Origin: an uncultured delta proteobacterium
GTDB lineage: Bacteria > Myxococcota > Myxococcia > Myxococcales > Anaeromyxobacteraceae
Direction: 5' to 3'
NCBI GenBank assembly: GCA_963828255.1
Contig: CAWHDZ010000010.1
Span: 1 to 64,000 of the forward strand
DNA length: 64,000 bases
Below are positions 24,309 to 38,846 of the stretch, in pieces (within the stretch, counting starts at the first letter, position 1; each line of letters begins with the position of its first letter). The position numbers were made by a program, and so were the translations under genes. Below the pieces are notes generated by a model. It did not search any database and was not told the DNA's origin. It saw only the letters and a list, made by a program, of their open reading frames with translations.

Positions 24309-25171
24309 GCACCTCCGGAAACCGACGCCCGGCCCTGGGCCGCGGCATGGCGGCCCTGCTCCAGAACGCCGCCCCCCCCGCGCCCTCGGGGCGCAGCGTC
24401 CTGCAGCTCCCCATCGAGTCGGTGCAGCGGAGCGCCGGCCAGCCTCGCAAGAGCTTCGACGATCGCCGCCTGGAGGAGCTGGCCGCCTCCATCCGCGAGC
24501 ACGGCGTCCTCGAGCCCATCCTGGTGCGCCGCGCCGGCGCGGGCTACGCCATCGTGGCCGGCGAGCGGCGCTGGCGTGCGGCCCAGCGGGCCGGCCTGCG
24601 CGAGATCCCGGCGCTCCTGCGGGAGGCCAACGACCGCGAGTCCTTCGAGCTTGCGCTTGTCGAGAACCTCCAGCGCGCCGACCTGAACGCCATGGAGGAG
24701 GCCGAGGCCTTCGACGCGCTCACCCGCGAGCACGGCCTCACGCAGGAGCAGGTGGCCGAGCGGGTCGGCAAGGAACGCTCCACCGTCGCGAACGCCCTGC
24801 GGCTCCTCAAGCTCCCGGCCGACGTCCGCGACCAGGTCCGAGCCGGCGCCATGGAGATGGGGCACGCCCGGGCGCTGCTCGCGCTCGAGAAGGCCGAGGC
24901 CATCCGGCAGGCCGCCCACCAGGTGATCCGGGAACAGCTCTCGGTCCGGGCCACCGAGGCGCTGGTGCGCCGGATGTTGAGCCCCGCGAAGGTTAACCCA
25001 AAAGAGTCAAAGAGTGACTCGGCCAACGTGAAGGCTCTCGTGACCCGGCTCGAGCGGCGGCTCGGCACACGTTGCCGGGTGGTGCAGAGGAACGCCAGGT
25101 CGGGACGGCTGGAGATCGACTACGGATCGCTGGCCGAGCTGGATGGGGTCCTCGAGAAGATCGGGGCGTGA
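24305..25171 (+). CDS. parB: chromosome partitioning protein ParB
   Basis: LGRG, QPRK.F, AGERRWRAA, LVENLQR, HTH with RSTVANALRLL. Confidence 0.97.
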   Translation: MSTSGNRRPALGRGMAALLQNAAPPAPSGRSVLQLPIESVQRSAGQPRKSFDDRRLEELAASIREHGVLEPILVRRAGAGYAIVAGERRWRAAQRAGLREIPALLREANDRESFELALVENLQRADLNAMEEAEAFDALTREHGLTQEQVAERVGKERSTVANALRLLKLPADVRDQVRAGAMEMGHARALLALEKAEAIRQAAHQVIREQLSVRATEALVRRMLSPAKVNPKESKSDSANVKALVTRLERRLGTRCRVVQRNARSGRLEIDYGSLAELDGVLEKIGA

Positions 25172-25272
25172 CAGCGCGCCCAATCGGGTTACCCCCTAAG
25201 GGCCATATTCTTGTCCCGAAAAGGACGGCGCATGGTTGCCCGCCCGCCCGCCCCGGTGTAACCCTCCCCTCC

Positions 25273-25671
25273 ATGGCCATGCTCAAGCGCGAAGAGACCC
25301 CGGTCGCCGTCGTGGGCAGCGACCTCAACGCCCTCCTGGGGCGCGGCTCGGAGTTCGACGGGAAGCTCACCTTCGAGGGCACCGTCCGGATCGACGGCCG
25401 GTTCACTGGCAGCATCGTCACGAGTGACACGCTGGTGGTCGGCGAGGGAGCGCAGGTCAGCGCCGAGATCACCTGCGGAACCCTCATCGTCCACGGCGCG
25501 GTGACCGGGAACGTGAAGGCGTCGGTGTCGGTGGAGCTCCACCCCCCGGCGCGCATGACCGGCAACATCGAGACCACGGCCCTCATGGTGGCGAAGGGCG
25601 TGGCCTTCAACGGGCAGTGCAAGATGGAGCCGCCCGCCAGGGCCGCGACGGGGCCCGTCCCCGTGAAGTGA
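25273..25671 (+). CDS. bactofilin (polymer-forming cytoskeletal protein)
   Basis: LGRGSEFDGKLTFEGTVRIDG...G.V.GNV...FNGQCKM beta-helix pattern. Confidence 0.9.
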   Translation: MAMLKREETPVAVVGSDLNALLGRGSEFDGKLTFEGTVRIDGRFTGSIVTSDTLVVGEGAQVSAEITCGTLIVHGAVTGNVKASVSVELHPPARMTGNIETTALMVAKGVAFNGQCKMEPPARAATGPVPVK

Positions 25672-25704
25672 CGGACCCCGCCGGGTGCCGCGGGAGGCGA
25701 TCGG

Positions 25705-26142
25705 CTACTGCACCTTCACCTGGATGGCGCGCGGCTTGGCCTCGGACCGCTTGGGCAGGTGCACGGCCAGGACCCCGTGCTTTGACTCGGCGTGAACTTT
25801 CTCGGGGTCCACCGAGGTGGGGAGCGCGAAGGTGCGGGTGAAGTAGCCGTAGGCCATCTCCACGCGGTGGTAGTTCTCCTTCTGCTCCTCCTTCTCGACC
25901 TTTCGCTCGCCCTTCAGGGTGAGCACGCCGTTCTCGACCCGGATCTCGACGTCCTTCGGGTCGACGCCGGCCAGCGCCGCCCGGATGACGACCTCGTCGG
26001 TGTCCTCGAAGATGTCGCAGGCCGGGGTCCAGCCGATCGACTCGGCGGGCTGCTGGGCGGTGCGCTCGTCGAGCATGCGCCCCATCTCCTCCTGGATGCG
26101 GGCGAGGTCCCTGAATGGATCGAATCGCGTGATAATTGCCAT
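25705..26142 (-). CDS. Hsp20/alpha-crystallin small heat-shock protein
   Basis: WTPACDIFE, LTLKGERK, YGYFTRTFALP, GVLAVHLPK; AGGAGG SD. Confidence 0.93.
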   Translation of the reverse strand: MAIITRFDPFRDLARIQEEMGRMLDERTAQQPAESIGWTPACDIFEDTDEVVIRAALAGVDPKDVEIRVENGVLTLKGERKVEKEEQKENYHRVEMAYGYFTRTFALPTSVDPEKVHAESKHGVLAVHLPKRSEAKPRAIQVKVQ

Positions 26143-26298
26143 GGTTGGCCTCCTGGAAGGGGTTTCCTTCAACAGGCGGAAAGTAAGCACGTCCCCTGCC
26201 CTGTCAAATGGCCCCCGCGGGGGTCGCCCGGACAGGGGCGGCGTCGAACCCAGTCCCTTGACCGGCGACCTCCCGGAATGCTAGTTAGCGGCCCCCTT

Positions 26299-26838
26299 AT
26301 GATCGTCGGTTCCATCGCCCGCCGCTACGCCAAGGCACTGTTCTCCTTGGCAGACGAGCAGGGCCAAGTCGAGCAGTGGTCGACCGCCCTCGACGCGCTC
26401 GGGAGGGCGCTCGCCTCCTCCCCCGAGCTCCGCGAGACCCTCGAGAGCCCCCTCTTCGAGAAGGAGCAGCGCCGCAACGTGGTCGCCGCCCTCGGAAAGA
26501 GCATCGGACTCGCCGAGACGCCGTCGTCCTTCCTGCTCCTCCTCGCCGACCGGACCCGGCTCGCCTACCTGCCGGCGATCATCCAGGACTTCCGCGACCT
26601 CGCCGATGCCCGCCTCGGGCGGGTGCGCGCCAAGGTCACGAGCGCCGTGCCGCTATCGCCCGACGAGGCGAGGCGCATCGCCGAGAGGCTCGCCCAGGGC
26701 CAGAAGACCCAGGTCATCGTGGAGCAGACAGTGGACGCAGCCCTGCTGGGAGGCGTGGTCGCCCAGGTGGGAAGCCTCGTCTACGACGGCTCCGTCCGGT
26801 CGCAGCTCGAGGAGCTGCGCCGCGCAATGAAGCAATAG
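26299..26838 (+). CDS. atpH: ATP synthase F1 delta
   Basis: [26 protein letters not shown]. Confidence 0.95.
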   Translation: MIVGSIARRYAKALFSLADEQGQVEQWSTALDALGRALASSPELRETLESPLFEKEQRRNVVAALGKSIGLAETPSSFLLLLADRTRLAYLPAIIQDFRDLADARLGRVRAKVTSAVPLSPDEARRIAERLAQGQKTQVIVEQTVDAALLGGVVAQVGSLVYDGSVRSQLEELRRAMKQ

Positions 26839-26860
26839 CCACAGGCTGGAGACGAAGAAC

Positions 26861-28399
<1,539 letters not shown>

Positions 28400-28420
28400 G
28401 GAAGGCCCCCGAGGCGAACC

Positions 28421-29290
28421 GTGCCCTCTCTTCGCGACATCCGGCGCCGCATCGGCTCCGTCAAGAGCACCCAGCAGATCACCAAGGCCATGAAGATGGT
28501 GGCCGCGGCGAAGCTGCGGCGCGCCCAGGAGGCCATCACCAAGGCCCGGCCCTACGCGCTGCTGCTCGAGCAGTCCCTCAACCGCATCGCCTCGCGCGCC
28601 GGGACCGACGAGACCGCCGCGCACCCGCTGCTCGCTTCACGGCCGGTGAAGCGGGTGGAGCTGGTGGTGATCACCTCCGACCGCGGCCTGGCCGGTGGGT
28701 TCAACTCCAACGTGGTGCGGCGCGCCCAGCGCTTCCTGGTGGAGAACGCCGACAAGTACGAGGAGATCTTCGTCTCCACCATCGGCAAGAAGGGGCGCGA
28801 CAGCCTCCGGGCCCGCAAGGTGGCGCTCCGCAAGGACTTCACCGGCGTCCACGCCAAGCTCTCCTTCGAGAAGGCCCACGAGATCGCGGGTGAGCTCTCC
28901 GAGCGCTTCCTCTCCGGCGAGGTCGACGCGGTCTTCCTCCTCTTCAACGAGTTCAAGAGCGCCATCGCCCAGATCGTGCGCATCAAGCAGTTCCTGCCCG
29001 TGGAGACCGGCCCGGCCGAGGCGACGGCGTCGGTGGACTTCCTCTACGAGCCCAGCCGGCCGGTGCTGCTCGCCGACATCGTCCCGCGCCACCTCGACGT
29101 GCAGGTGTGGCGGGCGCTGCTCGATTCGGCCGCCAGCGAGCACGGGGCGCGCATGACCGCCATGGAGGCCGCCACCAAGAACGCGGCCGAGATGATCGGC
29201 GCGCTCTCCCTCCAGTACAACCGGGCGCGGCAGGCCTACATCACGAAGGAGCTGAGTGAGATCGTGAGCGGCGCCGAGTCGCTCAAGTAG
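28421..29290 (+). CDS. atpG: ATP synthase F1 gamma
   Basis: [29 protein letters not shown]. Confidence 0.98.
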   Translation: MPSLRDIRRRIGSVKSTQQITKAMKMVAAAKLRRAQEAITKARPYALLLEQSLNRIASRAGTDETAAHPLLASRPVKRVELVVITSDRGLAGGFNSNVVRRAQRFLVENADKYEEIFVSTIGKKGRDSLRARKVALRKDFTGVHAKLSFEKAHEIAGELSERFLSGEVDAVFLLFNEFKSAIAQIVRIKQFLPVETGPAEATASVDFLYEPSRPVLLADIVPRHLDVQVWRALLDSAASEHGARMTAMEAATKNAAEMIGALSLQYNRARQAYITKELSEIVSGAESLK

Positions 29291-30754
<1,464 letters not shown>

Positions 30755-30772
30755 CGGCGCACGGGAACCGAC

Positions 30773-31174
30773 ATGGCTGCACTGACCCTCGAGATCGTCA
30801 CCCCGGAGCGGCGCGTCGCCACGCTGCAGGCCGACGAGGTGCGCGCACCCGGCGTCCTGGGCGGCTTCGGCATCCGCAAGGACCACACGCCCTTCATGTC
30901 GCAGCTCGCGTCCGGGCGGCTCACGGTCGTCGACGGCGGGAGCGAGGTGCATTACGCCATCGGCGGGGGCTTCCTGCAGGTGGCAGACAACAAGGTCCTC
31001 GTGCTGGCGGACAGCGCCGAGGAGCGCGAGGAGATCGACGTGGAGCGCGCCCGGCGCGCCTTCGCCGAGTCCTCCGAGCGGCTCCGAAGCCTGACCGAGC
31101 AGGACGAGAACTACCCCACCGAGGCGGCGCGCGTGCGCCGGGCCACGGCCCGGCTCGAGGTCGCCGGCCGCTAG
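30773..31174 (+). CDS. atpC: ATP synthase F1 epsilon
   Basis: LEIVTPE, GI..DH, GGFLQV, VLADSA. Confidence 0.95.
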   Translation: MAALTLEIVTPERRVATLQADEVRAPGVLGGFGIRKDHTPFMSQLASGRLTVVDGGSEVHYAIGGGFLQVADNKVLVLADSAEEREEIDVERARRAFAESSERLRSLTEQDENYPTEAARVRRATARLEVAGR

Positions 31175-31197
31175 AGCGGAACCCCCCAGGAATCGCG

Positions 31198-31229
31198 GCC
31201 CCGCTGGCGTCCGGCCGGCGGGGCTTTCT
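31198..31229 (+). terminator. putative intrinsic terminator after atpC
   Basis: GCCCCGCTGGC-gtccg-GCCGGCGGGGC followed by TTTCT. Confidence 0.55.
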
Positions 31230-31231
31230 CG

Positions 31232-31260
31232 TTGAAATTCCAGCGAGATTCGGCTATGAA
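31232..31260 (+). promoter_or_regulatory. putative sigma70 promoter for gyrA
   Basis: TTGAAA-17 nt-TATGAA. Confidence 0.45.
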
Positions 31261-31318
31261 AGAGGGTCCCGAACGAAGGCTGGTCCGCACCCGCGGAGCA
31301 CCCCCCGGCGACCCCCCA

Positions 31319-34017
31319 ATGGCCGAAGACATCCTCCCGCCCGAACCGCCCGAGGCACCGCCTCAGGCACCGCCCCCCGAGGCCCCGCGCCAGCCGCAGA
31401 TCGCCATCGAGGACGACATGCGGCGGTCGTATCTCGCCTACTCGATGTCGGTCATCGTCGGGCGCGCGCTGCCCGACGTGCGTGACGGCCTGAAGCCCGT
31501 GCACCGGCGCGTCCTCTACGCCATGCACTCGGAGGGACTGCACCACAACAAGCGCTACTCCAAGTGCGCCGGCGTGGTCGGCGAGGTGCTGAAGAAGTAC
31601 CACCCTCACGGCGACTCCTCGGTCTACGACGCGCTGGTGCGGCTCGCGCAACCCTGGAACCTCCGCTACCCGCTCATCGACGGACAGGGCAACTTCGGCT
31701 CCGTCGACGGCGACCCGGCCGCGGCCTACCGCTACACCGAGTCGCGCCTCGAGAAGATCGCCGACTACCTGCTCGCCGACATCGACAAGGAGACCGTCGA
31801 GTGGGCGCCCAACTTCGACGACTCCACGGTGGAGCCGGTGGTCCTGCCGGCCAGGTTCCCCAACCTGCTCGTCAACGGCTCGGCCGGCATCGCGGTGGGC
31901 ATGGCCACCAACATCCCGCCCCACAACATGGGCGAGGTCGTCGCGGCGGCGGTGCACCTGCTCCGGAACCCCAAGGCCACCGTGGCCGAGCTGATGCGCT
32001 TCATCCCCGGCCCCGACTTCCCCACCGCCGGGATGATCCTGGGGCGCGACGGCATCCGCCAGGCCTACGAGACCGGCCGCGGCAGCATCCCCGTGCGCGC
32101 TCGGGTCTCGGTGGAGGTGCACCCGAAGACCGAGCGGGAGAGCATCGTCGTCACCGAGATCCCCTACCAGGTGAACAAGGCCAAGCTGGTCGAGAGCATC
32201 GCCGACCTGGTTCGGGAGAAGCGCATCGAGGGCATCTCCGACCTGCGCGACGAGTCCTCCCGCGAGGGCATGCGCGTCGTCATCGAGCTCAAGCGCGACG
32301 CGATGGCGCAGGTGGTGCTGAACAACCTCTACCAGCACACCACGCTGCAGACCGGCTTCGGGGTGATCCTGCTCGCCATCGACGGCGGGCAGCCTCGCGT
32401 CCTCACGCTGAAGCAGATGCTGGAGCGCTTCCTCGCCCACCGGCGCGACGTGGTGACCCGGCGCACCCGCTTCGAGCTCAAGCAGGCCCGGGCCCGCGAG
32501 CACATCCTGCTCGGGCTGCAGATCGCCCTCGACCACATCGACGAGATCATCGAGCTCATCCGCAAGGCGCCCGACCGCGACACCGCCCGGGACGGGCTCA
32601 TCGCCCGGTTCGGCCTCTCCGAGCTGCAGGCCAGGGCCATCCTCGAGATGCAGCTGCAGCGCCTCACCGGCCTCGAGCGCCAGAAGATCCTCGACGAGCT
32701 CTCCGAGGTGCAGAAGACCATCGCCCGGCTCCGGGAGATCCTGGCCTCGGAGAAGGTGCTGCTCGACGTCATCGTGTCCGAGCTGGAGGAGGTGAAGCAG
32801 CTCTTCGCCGACGAGCGGCGCACCGAGATCCTGGGAGCGGCCGCCGACCTCGACGTGGAGGACCTCATCAAGGAAGAGGAGATGGTGGTCACCGTCTCCC
32901 ACGCCGGGTACGTGAAGCGGAATCCCATCTCGCTCTACCGGGCACAGCGCCGGGGAGGGAAGGGGAGGACCGGGGCGGGCACCCGCGACGAGGACTTCCT
33001 GGAAAGCCTCTTCGTCGCCTCCACCCACAGCTACCTCCTCGTCTTCTCCGACAAGGGCAAGGTCTACTGGCTCAAGGTCCACGAGATCCCCCAGGCCGGG
33101 CCGGCCGCGCGGGGGAAGCCCATCGTGAACCTGGTCCAGCTGGCGCAGGGCGAGAAGGTCGCCGCCATCCTCCCCGTGCGCGAGCTTCCGGCGCCGCCGG
33201 GCGCGAGCGGCGCCGACGAGGCGGAGGGGGAGGGGGAGGACGCTGCCCCGACCGGGAGTGGAACCTTCGTGTTCGCCGCCACCCGGCGCGGCCTCGTGAA
33301 GAAGACGCCGCTCGAGGCCTACGCCCGGCCGCGCGCCTCCGGGATCATCGCGCTCTCGATCGAGGAGGGGGACAGCCTCATCGCCGCCCGCATCACCGAC
33401 GGCCAGAGCCACATCCTGCTCTCCACCGCGCAGGGGATGGCCATCCGCTTCGAGGAGTCGGAGGTCCGCTCCATGGGGCGCGCCGCCTACGGCGTGAAGG
33501 GCATCGCCCTCGACGAGGGCGACGAGGTGGTGAGCGCCGAGGCGCTCCCCGCGGCGGCGGAGGGCGAGGCCGCCCCCACCATCCTCTCGGTCACCGCCAA
33601 CGGATACGGCAAGCGCTCCGACCTCTCCGAGTACCGGATCCAGAGTCGAGGCGGCAAGGGCATCATCACCATCAAGGCCACCGAGCGGAACGGGCCGGTG
33701 GTTGCCGCCATGCCGGTGGTCGACGCCGACGAGGTCATGCTCATCACCAACCGCGGCATGCTCATCCGCATGCCGGCCGCCCAGATCTCGGTCATCGGGC
33801 GCAACACGCAGGGCGTCCGGCTCATCTCCGTGGAGTCGCGCGAGGAGCAGGTGGCCGGCGTGGCCCGCGTGGCCGAGAACGTGGCCGTGAACGGGGAGGG
33901 CGGGGAGGCCACGCCGGGCGACGCCGCTGCCGGCGACGCCGGAGTCGAGGATGCGGGCGACGGGGCGGGAGAGGCGCCGGAGGGCGGCGAGGGCAGCCCG
34001 GGGGCGAGCCGGCTTGA
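31319..34017 (+). CDS. gyrA: DNA gyrase subunit A (stop reached after a probable 1-nt indel near 34000)
   Basis: [25 protein letters not shown], GyrA box QRRGGKG, acidic tail; one extra G in the G5 run gives ...PGGEPA-TGA overlapping the next TTG. Confidence 0.95.
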
Positions 34018-34883
34018 ACGGATCGGCGCTCGCCGTGACGGCGGCAGCGATCGGGCTCCTCGCGATGGGGTGCACTTCCCCCGACGCCAAGCTCGAGGCG
34101 GCCAACGCGCTCCGGCACCAGGGCCGGGCCGCCGAGGCGCTCGCCGCCTACCGGGAGATCCTGGGTGGGCTCGGCGACGGCACCATCCCCAGGTGGGAGA
34201 CCGGGGTGCGCTTGAAGGCGCTGCGCTACGCCGCCGACGTCTCCTACCTCGACCTCGGCGACTACGCCGGGGCCATCGGCTACTACCGACGCATCGTCTC
34301 GCTCCACCCCGGTACCGAGGACGCCTGGCAGGCGCGGGCGGCGATCGGCGACATCTACGCGCAGCGGCTGGGCGACCGGCAGGCGGCCATCGCGCAGTAC
34401 GCCGCGGTGGCGGGAGGGGACGCGAAGGAGGCGCCTCGTTTCCAGCTGCTGGTGGCCCGCCAGTACCTCGAGCTCAAGAACCACGAGCAGGCGCGCACCG
34501 AGGCTCGCCTGCTCCAGGAGAGGTGGCCGCAGTGCCCCGAGGCCGACGAGGCCCAGCTGCTCACCGCCCAGGCGTGGGCGCTCGAGGACCGGAACGAGGA
34601 GGCACTGGGCGCCTTCCGGGCCGCGGTCGACCGCCGCCCCCGCCCCGAGATCGCCGCGCTGGCGCTGGAGGGCGCGGCCCAGATCCACGCCCGCCAGGGC
34701 CGGCTCGACCGGGCCATCGAGCTCTACACCCAGGCCATGAGCGGCCACCCCAACCCGGACGCACTCCGGACCAGCATCGAGATGGTCCGGGAGCGGCGCG
34801 AGGCCGCGAAGACCGTCACCCCCGGAGACCGGGAGGCCGCGTTCGATCACGACGCCGCCAACCGCACCAAGGAGAAGCCGTGA
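34014..34883 (+). CDS. TPR lipoprotein
   Basis: TTG start, lipobox AMGC, helical TPR-like repeats; stop overlaps the hemL GTG. Confidence 0.8.
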   Translation: MNGSALAVTAAAIGLLAMGCTSPDAKLEAANALRHQGRAAEALAAYREILGGLGDGTIPRWETGVRLKALRYAADVSYLDLGDYAGAIGYYRRIVSLHPGTEDAWQARAAIGDIYAQRLGDRQAAIAQYAAVAGGDAKEAPRFQLLVARQYLELKNHEQARTEARLLQERWPQCPEADEAQLLTAQAWALEDRNEEALGAFRAAVDRRPRPEIAALALEGAAQIHARQGRLDRAIELYTQAMSGHPNPDALRTSIEMVRERREAAKTVTPGDREAAFDHDAANRTKEKP

Positions 34884-36169
34884 AGACCGACCTCTCGCAG
34901 AAGCTCTTCCAGAAGGCGCTCACCCTCTTCCCGGGCGGGGTCAACAGCCCGGTGCGCGCCTTCCGCAGCGTGGGCATGACGCCGCTCTTCATCTCCCGGG
35001 CCAAGGGGGCGAAGATCTTCGACGTCGACGGCAACGTCTTCGTCGACTTCGTGGGCAGCTGGGGACCGGCCATCCTGGGGCACGCCAACGCGGAGGTGAT
35101 CCGGGAGGTGGACGAGCAGCTCCGGAACGGCTCCAGCTTCGGTGCCCCGTCCCCCCGGGAGATCCAGCTTGCCGAGCTGGTGCGGGAGCGGGCCCCCTGG
35201 ATCGAGAAGATGCGCTTCGTCTCCTCCGGCACGGAGGCCACCACCGCCGCCATCCGGCTGGCCCGCGGCTTCACCGGCCGCGACGACATCCTCAAGTTCG
35301 ACGGCTGCTACCACGGCGCCGGCGACCCGCTGCTCGTGAAGGCGGGCTCGGGCGTGGAGACCCTCGGCCTCCCCGACTCGCCCGGCGTTCCGGCCGACGT
35401 GGCGCGCCACACCCTGACGCTGCCCTACAACGACCTGCCCGCGGTCGAGAAGCTGCTCGCCGAGCGCGGCCCTTCCCTGGCGGCGGTCATCGTCGAGCCG
35501 GTGGTGGGGAACATGGGCGTGCTCATCCCGAAGCCCGGGTATCTCGCGGGACTGCTCGCGGCCTGCCGCAAGCACGGCACGCTGCTCATCATCGACGAGG
35601 TGATGACCGGCTTCCGGCTCGCGCCGGGCGGGGCCTGCGAGGTCTACGGAATCCGCCCCGACCTGGTCACCTTCGGCAAGGTGATCGGCGGCGGTCTTCC
35701 GGTGGGCGCCTTCGGCGGGCGACCCGACGTGATGGACCGCATCGCCCCGGCCGGCCCGGTCTACCAGGCCGGCACGCTCTCCGGAAACCCGCTCGCCATG
35801 GCGGCGGGGCTCGCCACCCTCCGGCAGCTCGGCAAGGCGCAATACGACCGGCTCGAGCAGCTCGGGAGCAGGCTCGAGACCGGGCTCGTCGAGGCGGCCC
35901 GGTCTGCAGGCGCGAAGGTCCAGGTGAACCGGGTGGGCTCCATGATCACGGTCTTCTTCACGCCCGACCCGGTCTTCGACGCGGCCAGCGCACGAAAGGC
36001 CGACACGAAGAAATTCGCCAAGTATTTCAAGGTCATGCTCGAGAACGGGATCTACCTGCCGCCTTCGCAGTTCGAGGCCGCCTTCCTCTCCGCTGCCCAC
36101 ACCGACGAGGACGTCGAGGCCACCATCGCCGCTGCCCGGAAGGCCTTCGCCGAGGCTGTCCTGGCCTAG
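34880..36169 (+). CDS. hemL: glutamate-1-semialdehyde 2,1-aminomutase
   Basis: PGGVNSPVRAF, SGTEA, DEVMTGFR, GKVIGGGLP, YQAGTLSGNP, PSQFE. Confidence 0.97.
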   Translation: MKTDLSQKLFQKALTLFPGGVNSPVRAFRSVGMTPLFISRAKGAKIFDVDGNVFVDFVGSWGPAILGHANAEVIREVDEQLRNGSSFGAPSPREIQLAELVRERAPWIEKMRFVSSGTEATTAAIRLARGFTGRDDILKFDGCYHGAGDPLLVKAGSGVETLGLPDSPGVPADVARHTLTLPYNDLPAVEKLLAERGPSLAAVIVEPVVGNMGVLIPKPGYLAGLLAACRKHGTLLIIDEVMTGFRLAPGGACEVYGIRPDLVTFGKVIGGGLPVGAFGGRPDVMDRIAPAGPVYQAGTLSGNPLAMAAGLATLRQLGKAQYDRLEQLGSRLETGLVEAARSAGAKVQVNRVGSMITVFFTPDPVFDAASARKADTKKFAKYFKVMLENGIYLPPSQFEAAFLSAAHTDEDVEATIAAARKAFAEAVLA

Positions 36170-36191
36170 TCCACGGGATGGTCCCCGAGCA

Positions 36192-36220
36192 TTGACTGGA
36201 CCGGCCGGGGCTGCTATACG
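36192..36220 (+). promoter_or_regulatory. putative sigma70 promoter for the F0 operon
   Basis: TTGACT-17 nt-TATACG with extended -10 TG. Confidence 0.55.
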
Positions 36221-36282
36221 GTTCCGCCCTTCCTTCCGGTATTCACAGGAGAATCCGGCGGGAAGGGCGAAGAGGAATCTCC

Positions 36283-36546
36283 ATGACCCCGGACGATCGA
36301 GAGCGTCGCGGGAAGGACGAGGAAGGGCTCTCGAACCTTGCCTCGGCGTATCAGCAGGCAGGTCCGTACCTGGCAGCATCGACGACGCTGGTGGCCTCGG
36401 TGGGACTCTTCGCGGCGGCCGGCTGGTGGATCGACGGGAAGGTGGGCACCGAGAAGCCCTGGTTCCTCCTCGGAGGTGCGGCTCTCGGGATGGTGGGCGG
36501 TTTCATCGGCTTCTTTCGGCAGGTCCTGGGGAAAAAGAAGAAGTGA
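36283..36546 (+). CDS. AtpZ/AtpI-family protein
   Basis: [12 protein letters not shown]...G..LG...GF; first gene of the F0 cluster. Confidence 0.85.
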   Translation: MTPDDRERRGKDEEGLSNLASAYQQAGPYLAASTTLVASVGLFAAAGWWIDGKVGTEKPWFLLGGAALGMVGGFIGFFRQVLGKKKK

Positions 36547-36914
36547 AGAGCCACCTCCTCGCCGCCGCTTTCGTCGCCGCCCTGTCGCTCGGCCTCGCGC
36601 TCCTCTCCGGCGAGGCGCGCCACCCGGCGCTCATCGGCGCGGGCATCGCCAGCGGGACCGCCCTCGTCTCCCTCGTGGCCTTCGGCCACTTCGCGGGGAG
36701 CGCCGTGAAGCCCGTCCAGCGCGCCCTCATCGTCTTCACCGCCATGTTCTTCGCGCGGCTCCTCCTCGTGGGGGCCGGCGTCGCCGCCGTTTCCCGTACC
36801 GGCGGGAGCGTGGTGGCCTTCGTGATCGCCTTCTTCGTACCGTACTTCGCTTTCACCGCGATCGAGGGGAGCCTGGTCGCCGCCCTCGGCCGCCGCATGG
36901 GGAAGCCCGCATGA
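36543..36914 (+). CDS. ATP synthase subunit I-like membrane protein
   Basis: Four TM segments; overlaps both neighbours by GTGA/ATGA. Confidence 0.7.
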   Translation: MKSHLLAAAFVAALSLGLALLSGEARHPALIGAGIASGTALVSLVAFGHFAGSAVKPVQRALIVFTAMFFARLLLVGAGVAAVSRTGGSVVAFVIAFFVPYFAFTAIEGSLVAALGRRMGKPA

Positions 36915-37983
36915 CGCTCGTCTCCGCCGCCCTCGTCCTCGGCCTGGCCCTCGGCCAGCACGCCCCCGCCGCCGACCCGCACGCCGCCCCGGCCGGGCAC
37001 GGGGAGCCTGCCGCCCACGGCGAGGCCGCCACGGGCGGCCACGGGGGAGGACACTCCGCGACCCTCCCCGAGACCATGATGCACCACGTTGCCAACGGCA
37101 GCGTGATGGAGCTCCCCGGCTTCTGCGACGGCGGGTTCAAGTGGAACTGCGAGGTCGACCTCGTGAAGGCCACCGGCGGTGGCTGGAAGATCCACGCAGG
37201 AAACACCACCATCGACATGACCCCGTCGAAGCACGTGGTCATGATGCTCCTCTCGGCGCTCATCCTGACGGTGCTGCTCGTGGCGGCGGCCCGCAAGCGG
37301 AGCATCGTCCCGCACGGCCTGTACAACTTCGTCGAGCTCCTGGTGGAGTTCGTCCGCGGAATCGCCATCTCCAACATCGGCAAGAGGGACGCCGACCGGT
37401 TCGTCCCCTACCTGTGCACGGCCTTCTTCTTCGTCCTGACCATGAACCTGCTCGGGCTCGTGCCCTTCATGGCCACCGCCACCGCCAACATCTCGGTCAC
37501 CGCCGCGCTGGCGATCTTCACCTTCTTCGTCACCCAGTACGCCGCCATCAAGTCGATGGGGGTGAAGGGGTATCTCGGCCACATGACCGGCGGCGTGCCG
37601 CCCTCGCTGTGGTGGCTGTGGCCCATCATGATCCCGGTCGAGTTCCTGGGGCTCTTCACCAAGCCCTTCGCGCTCACCATCCGTCTCTTCGCGAACATGG
37701 TGGCGGGCCACTTCGTCATCCTGGCCCTCCTCGGCCTCATCTTCGCGGTCTCGTTCTGGGTGTTCCCGGTCTCGGTGGCCCTGGCGCTCGGGATCTTCCT
37801 GCTCGAGCTCTTCGTGGCCTTCGTGCAGGCCTACATCTTCACCATGCTCTCGGCGCTCTTCATCGGGGCCGGACTGGTGCACCACGGACACGAAGAGCAC
37901 GACGACGATCACGGCCACGCCGGACAGCCGGCGAGGTCGCCCACGCTTCTCACGCGGCCGGGAAGTCTCCCGGCCACGGGTAG
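36911..37983 (+). CDS. atpB: ATP synthase F0 subunit a (probable 1-nt indel near 37930)
   Basis: [40 protein letters not shown]; alternative frame ends GEVAHASH...GHG-TAG. Confidence 0.93.
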
Positions 37984-38059
37984 TCGAGCGCAGCACGCGC
38001 CACGGGGCCACGGGCGGCCCGTAGAACCCGCCCCAAGACGAACGGAACGGAACCAGACC

Positions 38060-38287
38060 ATGAACCAGTTCTCCCTCGGATACCTCGCAGCCGGCCTGGG
38101 CGCCGGGATGGCCGTCATCGGCGCCGGAATCGGCATCGGCAAGCTCGCAGCCGCCGCCATGGACGGCACGGCGCGCCAGCCCACCGCCACCGGCGACATC
38201 CGCACCTCGATGATCATCGCCGCCGCCCTCATCGAAGGCGCCACGCTGTTCGCCGTCGTGGTCTGCCTGCTCCTCGCCATCAAGTAG
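38060..38287 (+). CDS. atpE: ATP synthase F0 subunit c
   Basis: GAGIGIG, ARQP loop, ALIEG carboxylate. Confidence 0.95.
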   Translation: MNQFSLGYLAAGLGAGMAVIGAGIGIGKLAAAAMDGTARQPTATGDIRTSMIIAAALIEGATLFAVVVCLLLAIK

Positions 38288-38318
38288 CCTTGGTGCCTCG
38301 CGCCCCGGGAGAAGTCCG

Positions 38319-38846
38319 ATGAACGCCCTCGCATCCCCCGTGATCGCTGCCGGGATCATGGATCTGAACCCCGGCCTGTCGCTGTGGACGGCGATCACCT
38401 TCCTCGTCCTCATCTTCGTGCTCTGGAAGTTCGCCTTCGGGCCCATCACGAGGATGCTGGCGGAGCGGGAGACCACCATCCGCGACGCCATCGATTCGGC
38501 CCGCACCGAGCGGGAGGAGGCCGAGAAGCTGCTGGCGCAGCAGAAGGAGGCGCTCGTCAAGGCCCAGCGCGACGCGGCCGAGCTCGCCAAGCGGAACCAG
38601 CAGGAGATGGAGGCCTTCCGCGTCCAGCTCACCGCCCAGGCCCGCAAGGAGGCGGACGACATGGTGGCCTCCGCCCGGAAGGCCATCCAGGAGGAGCGGA
38701 AGATCGCCGTCGCCCAGCTGCGTTCCGAGGTGGCCGACCTGGCCGTGGCCGCCGCCAGCCGCATCGTGAAGTCGAGCCTGGACGAGAAGACCCAGCGCCA
38801 GCTCGTCGACGAGTACATCAAGGACCTTCCGGCCGGACGGGCCTAG
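38319..38846 (+). CDS. atpF: ATP synthase F0 subunit b
   Basis: WTAITFLVL..VLWKFAFGPI..ML.ER followed by coiled coil. Confidence 0.93.
   Translation: MNALASPVIAAGIMDLNPGLSLWTAITFLVLIFVLWKFAFGPITRMLAERETTIRDAIDSARTEREEAEKLLAQQKEALVKAQRDAAELAKRNQQEMEAFRVQLTAQARKEADDMVASARKAIQEERKIAVAQLRSEVADLAVAAASRIVKSSLDEKTQRQLVDEYIKDLPAGRA

Noticed and set aside
31232..36169. Apparent 1645-aa GyrA-HemL fusion
   Set aside because: The linker is off-frame, Arg-rich sequence over a real TPR gene. One added G near 34000 restores the gyrA stop, and hemL has its own GTG and SD.
36338..38287. Apparent AtpB-AtpE fusion
   Set aside because: A 1-nt indel near 37930 restores an atpB stop at 37983; atpE has its own ATG at 38060.
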